Source of the DNA: Gemmatimonadota bacterium
GTDB taxonomy: Bacteria; Gemmatimonadota; Gemmatimonadetes; Gemmatimonadales; GWC2-71-9
Length of the DNA stretch: 64,000 nucleotides
NCBI GenBank assembly: GCA_003220935.1
Contig: QHTT01000072.1
Coordinates: 577 to 64,576 of the forward strand
Direction: 5' to 3'
Part shown: piece by piece, positions 53,194 to 61,696 of the stretch
How positions within the stretch are numbered: position 1 is the first letter of the stretch
Layout of the letters: every line of letters starts with the position of its first letter
Position numbers and translations under genes: made by a program
Notes under the pieces: model-generated
What the model was told of the DNA's origin: nothing
Seen by the model: the letters and a program-made list of their open reading frames with translations, nothing else
Databases searched by the model: none

Positions 53194-54273
53194 TCACAGG
53201 TTGAGTACCAGCGCCGGCTCCGTCAGCAAGAAGACCGTCGCGAACAGGTTGATCGAGGCCGTGAACAGGCTCCTGAGCGCGGTCTGGTCGGCCGGCGTGA
53301 GCTGGACGCCGCTCGCTCCGGAATAGCTCGGGCCGGCGGGCCCGACGGTAATGGTGGCGAACGGTTGCCCGTTCACCGTAACGGCTATGCTTCCGCCGAC
53401 CGTACGGGTAGCGGTGTCCACCGTGACGGTCCCGTTGGCGCGCACGGTCTCGCCGCCGCTCGTCAGACTGAAATCGGTGGTGATGGCCACCGACGCCGCA
53501 CCGGACACGCTCGCGGTCTCGCTGATGTGCACGCCCTGTGCGGCGACGTCCACCGTGGTCTGCACAGTGAACGCCGTGAGCGTCGCGGTCAGCGCCGAGG
53601 TGAGATCGAGCCGCGTCACGCCGTCGCTCACGAAGCCCGCGACGGACGCGCCGGCGCTCTGGCCGACCAGGCGACTGATGGTGTAGTTGGCGTACGTCAT
53701 CGGGGTCGGCCCCGTCGTCCCAACGATGGCGACGCCGAGCACGGCCGCGCTGGGGGTAGTCTGGTCGGTGAGGTCGACGTAGCCGATCATACTCAGCGGG
53801 CGCGCCGGCACGATCGCGAACGGTTGGACGGCATAGAGCAGGAAGCGCACGCCGTTCGCGGGGGCGCCGGCCGCGGTCGACGTCACATACCAATCCGAGG
53901 TCGTGTCCCACACGAACGTCTTGCCACGCGCGCTGTCCGGGAAGATCGCGGCCGCGATCGGCTGACTCGCGAACGCCTCGCGCAGCGCCCCGGCCGCCGT
54001 TGCGCCCCATGCAAGCGCGCGCCCGGGCGCGGCGACTGGCGACGCGGCGGTCACCAAGCCCCTTGAGCCGGCCGCGACGAAGTGTGCGATGAGCACGGCG
54101 AAGCTCTGGAACGTGCCGGTGGCGGTCGGTGCGGAGAGCGACTGGAGCTGAGCGGCCGTGTTGGCGGGGTTCGCGAGCTTGGCGGGCGTGGGACCGGTGC
54201 CGCCTCCGCCGCACGCTTGCAGGGTGAACGCGGTCGCGCACAGCAGCCACAGCCCGCGGGGGAGTCGAGACAT
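53194..54273 (-). CDS. Thr/Ser/Ala-rich beta-strand lipoprotein
   Basis: LQAC lipobox; ggagg RBS; beta-rich composition. Confidence 0.75.
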   Translation of the reverse strand: MSRLPRGLWLLCATAFTLQACGGGGTGPTPAKLANPANTAAQLQSLSAPTATGTFQSFAVLIAHFVAAGSRGLVTAASPVAAPGRALAWGATAAGALREAFASQPIAAAIFPDSARGKTFVWDTTSDWYVTSTAAGAPANGVRFLLYAVQPFAIVPARPLSMIGYVDLTDQTTPSAAVLGVAIVGTTGPTPMTYANYTISRLVGQSAGASVAGFVSDGVTRLDLTSALTATLTAFTVQTTVDVAAQGVHISETASVSGAASVAITTDFSLTSGGETVRANGTVTVDTATRTVGGSIAVTVNGQPFATITVGPAGPSYSGASGVQLTPADQTALRSLFTASINLFATVFLLTEPALVLNL

Positions 54274-54600
54274 GGCCACCTCCCACACCGGGCGGGGCAG
54301 TCAAAGGCTCCGGCGATCAATGGGGATGCGTCGGCGGCGCCGGATCAGCGTGCCGCTGTAGCACCGAGGCCCCGCCGCACCCGCTCGGCGTCGCCTGGAT
54401 GCCGCAAGAGCAGGGCCAATGCCTTCTCGCGCTCAGCGATCCAGTCGCCGCGGCGCGCACGCCACACCACCTTCGGCTGGATTGGCAAGGCGAGTAGCGA
54501 CCCACAGTTACGGCGCCGGATCTCAACCGATCTCTTGACTTCCGCCCGCTCTGTTCCCTATACGTAGAGCATGCGCCCGGCGGACAGCCGGAGTCTCGAC

Positions 54601-54960
54601 ATGCCAGACGTCCCCCAGTGGGCGCGGCTCAGAACGAGTGTGAACTACCACCTCCGTCGTGGGGCGTGGTACCCAGTCGTGCGCCTCACGCAGGGCGAGG
54701 CGCTCATCGACGTCAATCAGCGCAGTCTGACGGTGCCGGCCGAGCTGCTGCACATCGTCCCGATCCGCCCGCAGGTGTGGTCCGTCGTCCCCCGTCCGCT
54801 CGACGCCGTGGACCTGCCGCTCAGCTGGGGCGACCGCTACGCGGTGTGCCCGAACTGCAGCGCGCGCGCGCCGCTCGGCGAGCGCGTCCCCAGCATGTCC
54901 TGCACACGCTGCGGCGGCGAGTTCGAGATCGCCTGGTCGCTCGATCACTATCTAGGGTAG
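54601..54960 (+). CDS. Hypothetical protein with C-terminal zinc ribbon
   Basis: LRRGAWYPV...YAVCPNC...CTRC; start could be 54571. Confidence 0.7.
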   Translation: MPDVPQWARLRTSVNYHLRRGAWYPVVRLTQGEALIDVNQRSLTVPAELLHIVPIRPQVWSVVPRPLDAVDLPLSWGDRYAVCPNCSARAPLGERVPSMSCTRCGGEFEIAWSLDHYLG

Positions 54961-55060
54961 CCGAGCCGCGGCTTGCGCCGCGCTCTTCCAGCCGATAGAC
55001 CCACACCGCCGTCCGGCGTATGCTTCGTTTCCCACGATCCCGAGGAAGGCAGGTGTGGTC

Positions 55061-55825
55061 ATGCCGGTGCCGCTGACCGTCGTCATCCCGACGTTGAACG
55101 AAGAGAGACAGATCGCCGCCGCGCTCGAGGCGCTGCGCTGGGCGGACGAAGTCATCGTCGCCGACGGCGGCTCGAGCGACCGGACGGCCGAGCTCGCCCG
55201 GAGCCACGGCGCCGCCGTGATCGAGGTGCGGGGCGAGAGCATCGGGCTGCAGCGCAATGCCGCGATCGCACGCGCGCGGAACGAATGGGTGCTCGCGCTC
55301 GATGCGGACGAGCGGGTGACCGAGGCGCTGCGTGAGGAGCTCGTGCGCGTGCTCGCGACGCCGGCGCACGAGGCCTACCGCGTCCGCTGCGAGAATTACT
55401 TCCTGGGCCGGGAGCGCAGCCGCGGCCGCTGGGGTCGTGATTGGCACGTCCGGCTGTTCCGAAGGCACCGCCGCTTTTCAGAAGAGCGCGTGCACGAGCA
55501 TCTCGAGGCGGTGCACGATGTGGGGGAGCTGCGCGGGCCGATCGTGCATGTGCCGTACCGTGACCTCACCCATCACCTGGAAAAGATGATGGTCTATGCC
55601 CGCTGGGGAGCCCAGGAGCTGCACGCGCGCGGTCATCGCGCCACCGCGTGGGACATCCTCGGCCGCCCGGCCTGGCGCTTCGTGCGCGATTATTTTTGGT
55701 ACGGGAGCTGGCGAGACGGGCGCTTCGGGCTGGTGACGTCGTTGCTCACCGCTTGCGCCGGGTTCCTCAAGTACGCCTACCTCTGGGAGCTCGACCAAAC
55801 GCAGTCGGCGCCGCGCGGCGTCTGA
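55061..55825 (+). CDS. Glycosyltransferase family 2 (KdtX/WaaE-like)
   Basis: VIPTLNEE, DGGSSDRT, WVLALDADE, VHE. Confidence 0.9.
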   Translation: MPVPLTVVIPTLNEERQIAAALEALRWADEVIVADGGSSDRTAELARSHGAAVIEVRGESIGLQRNAAIARARNEWVLALDADERVTEALREELVRVLATPAHEAYRVRCENYFLGRERSRGRWGRDWHVRLFRRHRRFSEERVHEHLEAVHDVGELRGPIVHVPYRDLTHHLEKMMVYARWGAQELHARGHRATAWDILGRPAWRFVRDYFWYGSWRDGRFGLVTSLLTACAGFLKYAYLWELDQTQSAPRGV

Positions 55826-55850
55826 ACCACGGCGGCGGGAGCGGCCCCCG

Positions 55851-56573
55851 ATGCGGCTTCCGATTCTGATGTATCACAAGATCGATCGGCTTCCCCCGCC
55901 GCCGGGCGCGCGGCACCCCCGCAATTACGTGCTCCCAGAGCAATTCGACGCCCAGCTCGCGGCGCTGCGACGCTGGGGCTATCAGACCATTTCGTTCGGC
56001 GACTGGCTCGCCTACCGGCGCGGCGCGGGCACGCTACCGCGGCGGCCGATCATCCTCACTTTCGACGACGGGTACCGCTCCACCTACGAGATCGCGTGGC
56101 CGCTGCTCCAGCGCCATGGCTCGACCGCTACCGTGTTCCTCGTCTCGGACTTGATCGGCAAGACGAACGCCTGGGATGCGGACGAGATCCAGGAGCCGCT
56201 GCTCGGCCCCGGCGAAATCGCCGCGATGCGGGCGGGGCACATCGAGTTCGGATCGCACACCAAGACGCACGTGGCGCTCACAACGCTGCCGCCGCCACGG
56301 GCCATAGCGGAGCTGCGCGATTCCCGCATCGCGTTGGAGCGCCTGCTCGGCGACACCGTCCGCGTGCTGTGCTATCCCTACGGCAAGCACAACTCCGCCG
56401 TGCGCATCCTGGCGCGCGAGACCGGCTACGAGGCGGCGGTGATCGCCCGCCGGCGCCTCAATTCGCCGGCGACTGATCCCTTGAGGTTGGCCCGGCTGAG
56501 GATGGACCCGAACACCCGGCTGGAAAGCCTGCGCTGGACCTTGATCCAGCTCCGCTGGCTGTTCTGGACCTGA
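55851..56573 (+). CDS. Polysaccharide deacetylase
   Basis: PILMYH, LTFDDGY, FGSHTKTH, YPYG. Confidence 0.92.
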   Translation: MRLPILMYHKIDRLPPPPGARHPRNYVLPEQFDAQLAALRRWGYQTISFGDWLAYRRGAGTLPRRPIILTFDDGYRSTYEIAWPLLQRHGSTATVFLVSDLIGKTNAWDADEIQEPLLGPGEIAAMRAGHIEFGSHTKTHVALTTLPPPRAIAELRDSRIALERLLGDTVRVLCYPYGKHNSAVRILARETGYEAAVIARRRLNSPATDPLRLARLRMDPNTRLESLRWTLIQLRWLFWT

Positions 56574-56579
56574 GGGGTG

Positions 56580-57155
56580 ATGCCGCGGATCCGTCTCCTG
56601 CTCGTATGGGCCGTCTGCCTGGGCGCCGGCTTGACCGCCGTGCGGCTCGCCCCGGCCGCCGTCGCCTCGTGGCGGTCCCGTCGGCAGGCGCTCGAGCTGG
56701 ACTCGATCCGGGTGATCACCAGGGCCGGGGCGTTTCCCTTGATCGAGATCACGCTGCGCAACCCGGCACGCTCGATCAGCTTTCTCACGACGCTCGACGC
56801 GGAGGTGGCCACCCGCCTCCGCCGGGGGCAGGCTGGTGGTTGCTCCGGGGACCCGGCCGCATGGGACTACGATCTGCTGATCGACGGACGGCGCGCCGCG
56901 GAGCACGACACCGTGCCGCTCTCCCAGCTCGTCGACCCGGAAAGCCTGCACCGTTTCGCGATCGCCGTCGGGCAGGCCGGCCCGCCGGCGCACGGTGAGT
57001 ACGAGCTAACTCTCATGCTCCGCTACAACGAGCGTGCCACCCTGCCGCTGGGCCACGTCGAGCTCTCCATCGACGGCCTGGGGTGCGTGCTCGCGCCGGG
57101 CGGGCGACCTGTGCGACCCATGCGGGTCGAGCGCGTCCGGCTCCCTAAGGCTTGA
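56580..57155 (+). CDS. Hypothetical membrane-anchored protein
   Basis: N-terminal hydrophobic segment; operon position. Confidence 0.55.
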   Translation: MPRIRLLLVWAVCLGAGLTAVRLAPAAVASWRSRRQALELDSIRVITRAGAFPLIEITLRNPARSISFLTTLDAEVATRLRRGQAGGCSGDPAAWDYDLLIDGRRAAEHDTVPLSQLVDPESLHRFAIAVGQAGPPAHGEYELTLMLRYNERATLPLGHVELSIDGLGCVLAPGGRPVRPMRVERVRLPKA

Positions 57156-57190
57156 AATCCGCTTGAGACCGCGGCGCGACCGTACGCGCC

Positions 57191-57778
57191 ATGCAAGCGG
57201 TCACCTTGTTCGGGTACGCGTTTCTTTCGAACGTCGCGCTCGCCGTCCTTCCCCACGAGCCCGCGATTATCTGGTACGGGGCACGCCTCGGCGTGTGGCC
57301 GACTGCGGTGGTTGCGACCGCGGGCACGGTTGCCGCCGCGCTGGTCGACCACCGGTTGTTCGTGCCGCTGATCCGGCGAGTCAACGCGCGTAGCCAGGCG
57401 TCCCAGATGGTTCCCGGGCTGAAGCCCGGGCTCGGCGCGTGGGCGTCCTTAAGGACGCACCCCCAGCCGAGCGCGCCCTCTCAGGGCGCGAATCTCCGGG
57501 CCGACACCATCTTTCGCCGCTTCCCGTTCGCCGTGATCGCTCTCTCCGGGCTCACGCCCCTCCCCTTCTTCCCCGTGAAAGCCCTCGCCTTTACCACGGG
57601 TTACCCGCTCGCGCGGTATCTCGCCGCCGTCGCGGCACGCTCGCTGCCGCGCTACGCGCTGCTCGCGTGGCTCGGCGTCGCCGTGCGGCTGCCGACCGGG
57701 CTCCTCGTCGCCCTGTTCGTGCCGCTGCTGATCCCCGCGTTGCGCACGCTGCCATGGCGCCGGCCAAGCGCGAGCTGA
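57191..57778 (+). CDS. DedA/YqaA (VTT domain) membrane protein with an in-frame repeat insertion
   Basis: LPHEP, ATAGTVAAALVD, GLTPLPF, RSLPRY. Confidence 0.72.
   Translation: MQAVTLFGYAFLSNVALAVLPHEPAIIWYGARLGVWPTAVVATAGTVAAALVDHRLFVPLIRRVNARSQASQMVPGLKPGLGAWASLRTHPQPSAPSQGANLRADTIFRRFPFAVIALSGLTPLPFFPVKALAFTTGYPLARYLAAVAARSLPRYALLAWLGVAVRLPTGLLVALFVPLLIPALRTLPWRRPSAS
57410..57493 (-). repeat. Structured dispersed repeat, copy B (complete, in frame in a CDS)
   Basis: gttcccggg ctgaag cccggg ctcggc...gcgtcc ttaa ggacgc...gccgagc g cgccc tctca gggcg cgaat. Confidence 0.85.
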
Positions 57779-58467
57779 CCTGCTGGCTCGCCGACCCGGA
57801 GCGGCGGCTGCTGCGTGCGGTCGCGACGCGGCTGCCTGCGGCGGTGCATTCCGATCACCTCACCGCCCTTGGCATCCTCGGCGCCGTGGGCGTGGGCGCC
57901 GCGTACGCGCTGTCGCGCTGCAACGCGGAGTGGCTGTGGGTGGCGAGCGCGTGCCTCGTGGTGCAGTGGCTCGGCGACAGCCTCGACGGCACGCTGGCAC
58001 GGGTGCGCGGCGCCGAGCGGCCGCGCTACGGCTACTACCTCGATCATGTGGTGGATGCATTCTCGACCTCCGTGATCGGCGTCGGTCTGGGACTCTCGCC
58101 GTACGTACAGCTGGGAGTCGCCCTGGGCGTGGTGATCGTCTATCTCGCCCTGTCAATCAACGTCTATCTCGAAGCGAACGTGTTCGGCGTGTTTCGGCTC
58201 GCTTACGGCCGGATTGGCCCCACCGAAGTACGAATCATTCTGATCGCGGCCAATGCGACGCTCGCGCTCGCTGTGCCAGGACGGATGGTTACCGCGGTCG
58301 CTACGGGTACGGTCGGACTACTCGGGATCTGCATGCTAGGGATGCTGCTCGCGAGAGTCGCCAGCAATCTGAGGACGCTTTCCCAGCAGGAACCGGCTCT
58401 CCAGCCGAGTCCTCGCTCCTCGCGCCTCAAAGCCACTGAACGCCTCGGCATCTCGGCGTCTACCTAG
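57754..58467 (+). CDS. CDP-alcohol phosphatidyltransferase family protein
   Basis: GDSLDGTLAR...RYGYYLDHVVD signature; start ATG 57754. Confidence 0.9.
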   Translation: MAPAKRELTCWLADPERRLLRAVATRLPAAVHSDHLTALGILGAVGVGAAYALSRCNAEWLWVASACLVVQWLGDSLDGTLARVRGAERPRYGYYLDHVVDAFSTSVIGVGLGLSPYVQLGVALGVVIVYLALSINVYLEANVFGVFRLAYGRIGPTEVRIILIAANATLALAVPGRMVTAVATGTVGLLGICMLGMLLARVASNLRTLSQQEPALQPSPRSSRLKATERLGISAST

Positions 58468-59167
58468 CCGTCTCGGCATCTACGTCCATGAGTATCTGTC
58501 GTACTCTTCTGAACACCGTGTGCCACATCGCGCGCGTGAGCTTGCCGGTGTTCGTGTTCTGCCGGCTCGGATGGTAGGACGAGATGAGCCGCGTGCCGTC
58601 AGGCAGCGTCGCGACCGCGCCGTGGGCAAACGGGGGCCGCTGTCGCGGGGCGAGCGTCGTCCACCAACCCGACGCCTTGAGCCAGCTCTCGTGTGCGACG
58701 CGACCGAGCGTCACCACCACCCTGCGGCGCGAGAGCAGCCGCAGCTCGGCCGCGAGGAACGGCCGGCAGCGCCCGAGCTCCGTCCGGCTCGGCTTGTTGC
58801 CCGGAGGCGCGCACCGCACGGCGGCAACGATGTAGCAGTCGGTGAGCTCGAGACCGTCGTCGCGTGCGCGCGACGCAGCCTGGCTCGCGAAGCCGTAGCG
58901 GTGGAGCGCCTCGTACAGCCAGGCGCCGCTCGAGTCGCCCGTGAACATGCGGCCGGTGCGGTTCGCGCCGTGCGCCGCGGGCGCGAGCCCGACGACGAGC
59001 AGACGCGCGCGCGGGTCGCCGAACCCTGGGACCGGCTTCCCCCAGTACTCCCAATCGCGGAATGCGCGCTTCTTCTCGCGCGCCACGCGACGGCAGTACG
59101 CGCGCAGCCGAGGGCAACGGGCGCACGACACAATCGCACGATTGACGCTGGAGAGAGAAGCGAGCAT
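58460..59167 (-). CDS. udgB: Uracil-DNA glycosylase family 5 (UdgB)
   Basis: CARCPRL, GLAPAAHGANRTGRMFTGD, CAPPGNKP, HPSRQNTNTG. Confidence 0.92.
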   Translation of the reverse strand: MLASLSSVNRAIVSCARCPRLRAYCRRVAREKKRAFRDWEYWGKPVPGFGDPRARLLVVGLAPAAHGANRTGRMFTGDSSGAWLYEALHRYGFASQAASRARDDGLELTDCYIVAAVRCAPPGNKPSRTELGRCRPFLAAELRLLSRRRVVVTLGRVAHESWLKASGWWTTLAPRQRPPFAHGAVATLPDGTRLISSYHPSRQNTNTGKLTRAMWHTVFRRVRQILMDVDAETAR

Positions 59168-59187
59168 GGACGCGTCTTGTTGGCGTA

Positions 59188-59266
59188 TTCCCACGCTGAA
59201 GCGTGGGCTCGGCAATACACTACCCTTAAGGGTAGCGTCGTGCCGAGCCCACCCCTCGGGGTGTGA
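59188..59266 (-). repeat. Structured dispersed repeat, copy C (complete)
   Basis: ttcccacg ctgaag cgtggg ctcggc aatacact accc ttaa gggt agcgtcgt gccgagc c caccc ctcg gggtg tga. Confidence 0.85.
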
Positions 59267-59312
59267 TCACACACCGGTGCGTTGTTGTGTCTGCTTGCGT
59301 TGCGGCGGGCTG

Positions 59313-59849
59313 CTAGAACCTGATCGCTATGCCCTGGTGCGTCGTTCCGGCGATCGTGAACGTTTCGACCGCGAGCGCGGCACCGAGCAGCCACGGCCGG
59401 ACGCGCGCCGGCAGCGCCGCCGCCGCGCCGAGCACGGCTAGACCGGTGACGGCCGTGTAGGTATTCAACTGGCCGACTGTCGGGTGGGAGCCGAGGATCG
59501 GATTCGACTCGCGGAAGTTGCGCCAGCCGCCCTGAGCGAGCCAGCGGGTCTGTCCGGCGTCGATCAGCAGCGCGACCGTGAAAGCGCCTGCCAGCGCGAT
59601 GTCGGACTGGCGCCACGACAAGCGTGGAGGCGCCGGCAGCGCGGCGCTGAACACGGTCAGCCGCACTGTCGGCTTGAGCGGGGTCGACCGGATCGGCGCG
59701 GCAGACAGCTTCCAGGAGATGTCACGTTGATGGTAGGCCCGCGGCGCGGCCCAGAATTCATGGTCTTTCAGGGCGCGCTGCGCGACGCTCTGCCCGGGCA
59801 ACGCGGCCAGCGCGGCGACTACGATCAAGACTGCCGGAGTGTGCCTCAT
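59313..59849 (-). CDS. Secreted/membrane hypothetical protein (DUF5658-like D-x-x-x-T...E-x-NP motif)
   Basis: Signal peptide MRHTPAVL...; IDAGQTR...RESNPILG. Confidence 0.6.
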   Translation of the reverse strand: MRHTPAVLIVVAALAALPGQSVAQRALKDHEFWAAPRAYHQRDISWKLSAAPIRSTPLKPTVRLTVFSAALPAPPRLSWRQSDIALAGAFTVALLIDAGQTRWLAQGGWRNFRESNPILGSHPTVGQLNTYTAVTGLAVLGAAAALPARVRPWLLGAALAVETFTIAGTTHQGIAIRF

Positions 59850-60059
59850 ACGCAGCGCTGCGTCAGGGCAAAGGGGGTGCCAGGTGTGGTGCCGGCGGAA
59901 CCCTCTCGTCCCGCAAGGATTCCTTGCACCCCGCCATGGTCGGCCGTGGCGTGACGCTGCGATTGTGTTGCGCGGGTGAGACAGTCTCACCATGCAAGAA
60001 GTCCGCGCGTCTTGCCGGGTGTCTCAGAGCGCGGCTAGGTTGCGTGAACTGCAACAGAC

Positions 60060-61295
60060 CTAGTGTGGTGTCAACACCGAATTCCCCGATGCATCCGCCG
60101 CAATAGCGAAGTCCGCCACACTTCGTCCCAGCGCCTGCCCGGCCTCGATGTCGAACCGGTAGTGGATGCCCGCGTACATGCGTGACAGCCCCGCCTGGGT
60201 GACCTTCGCGGCCAGGTCATCGCGCTGCTCCGGGAAGAAGGTGCTCAGCACGGCTGCGGCCGAAGAGGAGAGGCAGCTGTGCCCGGAGGGATAGGACGGG
60301 TGGTTGGGCTTTCCGACCGCGGCGACGACCGTGATCAGCGGGTCCGCCTGCCAGGGCCGGATGAACCAGTACGTCTCCTTCGCGTCCCAGCAACCGATCT
60401 GCGCGTCGAACATCGTAGCGCTGAGCAGGGCGTAGAGATGTGTCGCCTCACGCTCGGACAGGGCGTGCTCATTGATGCCGTCGGTAGCGATGTGGATCCA
60501 GTACGCCGCTGTGGTGGGTGTGCCGGCGTTCTGCGCCCAGAAGGTGGCGCTCTGTACCTGGTCGGCCGTGCGGGTGTCGGAGATTTGGCGGATTTCGGCG
60601 AGCGCGGCTGTGAATGCCGTGGACCCAAACGCTGGCGGTGGCGCCGGTCGGAACTGGTTCGCGGAACTCAGGAACCAGGGGGTCACCCCCGGGAGCTGCC
60701 CGCCCGCGATCGTCGCCGGGGTCGTGTTACTGATCCACAGCCCGGAGCCCGTTGGAATGGTACCGGTGAAGGCGTTGGTGAAGCCGTCGGTTCGGGCCCT
60801 CGCAACGATCTCGCCGCCGATCGCGCGACCGATCGCTGCACCGCGCCCGAACGCCGGGTGCACCCCGCCGGGGCTGGTGTTCGCCTGCCCGTTGACCATG
60901 GCCTCCAACGCCTGAGCCTGGCTGGGGAAGAGGTAGGTCAGCACGACGGCCGACGCGCCCGCGACGGCGCCGCGATCCGATTCCAGTTGCTCTCGCCCGC
61001 CACCCCCGTCCCTGCCTTCGGCCTGTTGCACGGCCAGGTACTGCGCGACGCCCACCAGGGAATACGCGCGCACGGCGACCACCGGGCTGAGGTTCGCCTG
61101 TGCAACCAGGCTGGCTTCGGTCGCCTGCCACGCCGGGCTGGCGAGACCCGCCGTGAACGGCAGGCCGCTGCGTGACGCGGCAAGACTGAGGCCCGTCGGG
61201 GCGGAAGCGTGATCGGCGCAGCCGGTCAGCGCGGCGAAGCCTGCCGCGATCGCAAACGAGCGAACGACCTGCCGCGGGTTGTTTCGGGGACTCAT
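60060..61295 (-). CDS. Vanadium haloperoxidase / PAP2 superfamily lipoprotein
   Basis: KETYWFIRP, HPSYPSGH, SRMYAGIHY; LTGC lipobox; ggagg RBS. Confidence 0.87.
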   Translation of the reverse strand: MSPRNNPRQVVRSFAIAAGFAALTGCADHASAPTGLSLAASRSGLPFTAGLASPAWQATEASLVAQANLSPVVAVRAYSLVGVAQYLAVQQAEGRDGGGGREQLESDRGAVAGASAVVLTYLFPSQAQALEAMVNGQANTSPGGVHPAFGRGAAIGRAIGGEIVARARTDGFTNAFTGTIPTGSGLWISNTTPATIAGGQLPGVTPWFLSSANQFRPAPPPAFGSTAFTAALAEIRQISDTRTADQVQSATFWAQNAGTPTTAAYWIHIATDGINEHALSEREATHLYALLSATMFDAQIGCWDAKETYWFIRPWQADPLITVVAAVGKPNHPSYPSGHSCLSSSAAAVLSTFFPEQRDDLAAKVTQAGLSRMYAGIHYRFDIEAGQALGRSVADFAIAADASGNSVLTPH

Positions 61296-61328
61296 GGGAA
61301 CCTCCGTCGCGGTTCGAGAGGGAGCACG

Positions 61329-61363
61329 AAAAAAAACGGCTAAGCGTGTAGCCTGCTCAGCCG
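61329..61363 (-). terminator. Intrinsic terminator-like hairpin in the 5' leader of the haloperoxidase gene
   Basis: Minus strand cggctgagc-loop-gcttagccg followed by T8. Confidence 0.6.
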
Positions 61364-61593
61364 GTTTCGCGATTCGCTCCCCTCGAGGCATGGGCGACCC
61401 GCACGACATCGCGCCTCGGGGTTCATAGCTTCTGAGTTGCGTCCCAATATGCAGCGAACTGGGCCGCGCGCTAGGGGCTGCACGAGAGCATGCGCTGCTT
61501 TCTGTCGGGCAAGTTTATTTCGCCGCCGTTGTGTTCGGCGTCGTTACCGGGGCTTGCATAAGCCTAGGTGACCGGCGACGTTCTGCTCTTGTA

Positions 61594-61684
61594 GGAGAGG
61601 TGGCCGAGTGGCTGAAGGCGGCGGTTTGCTAAACCGTTATAGGGCCTAAAAGCCTTATCGGGGGTTCGAATCCCCCCCTCTCCG
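61594..61684 (+). tRNA. tRNA-Ser(GCT); CCA not encoded
   Basis: GGAGAGGTGGCCGAGTGGCTGAAGGC-G-GCGGT-TT-GCT-AA-ACCGT, long variable arm, GGTTCGAATCC, CCTCTCC-G. Confidence 0.95.
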
Positions 61685-61696
61685 TACCTCACCACC

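Noticed and set aside
50999-54300. Genomic island integrated at tRNA-Ser(TGA) or tRNA-Met
   Set aside because: No integrase, no duplicated tRNA 3' end seen, and no obvious composition shift.
54297-54570. Small ORFs between the lipoprotein and Zn-ribbon genes
   Set aside because: No convincing start, RBS or motif.
59850-60059. Riboswitch in the leader of 59313-59849 (gcaagg-aat-ccttgc and ggtgagac-a-gtctcacc palindromes)
   Set aside because: No match to aptamers I know. The palindromes could be operators, but there is no supporting evidence.
61425-61460. c-di-GMP-I riboswitch (GGGACGCAA on the minus strand)
   Set aside because: The upstream GGCAAAC/GNRA P2 element and the GCAAAGC continuation are absent.
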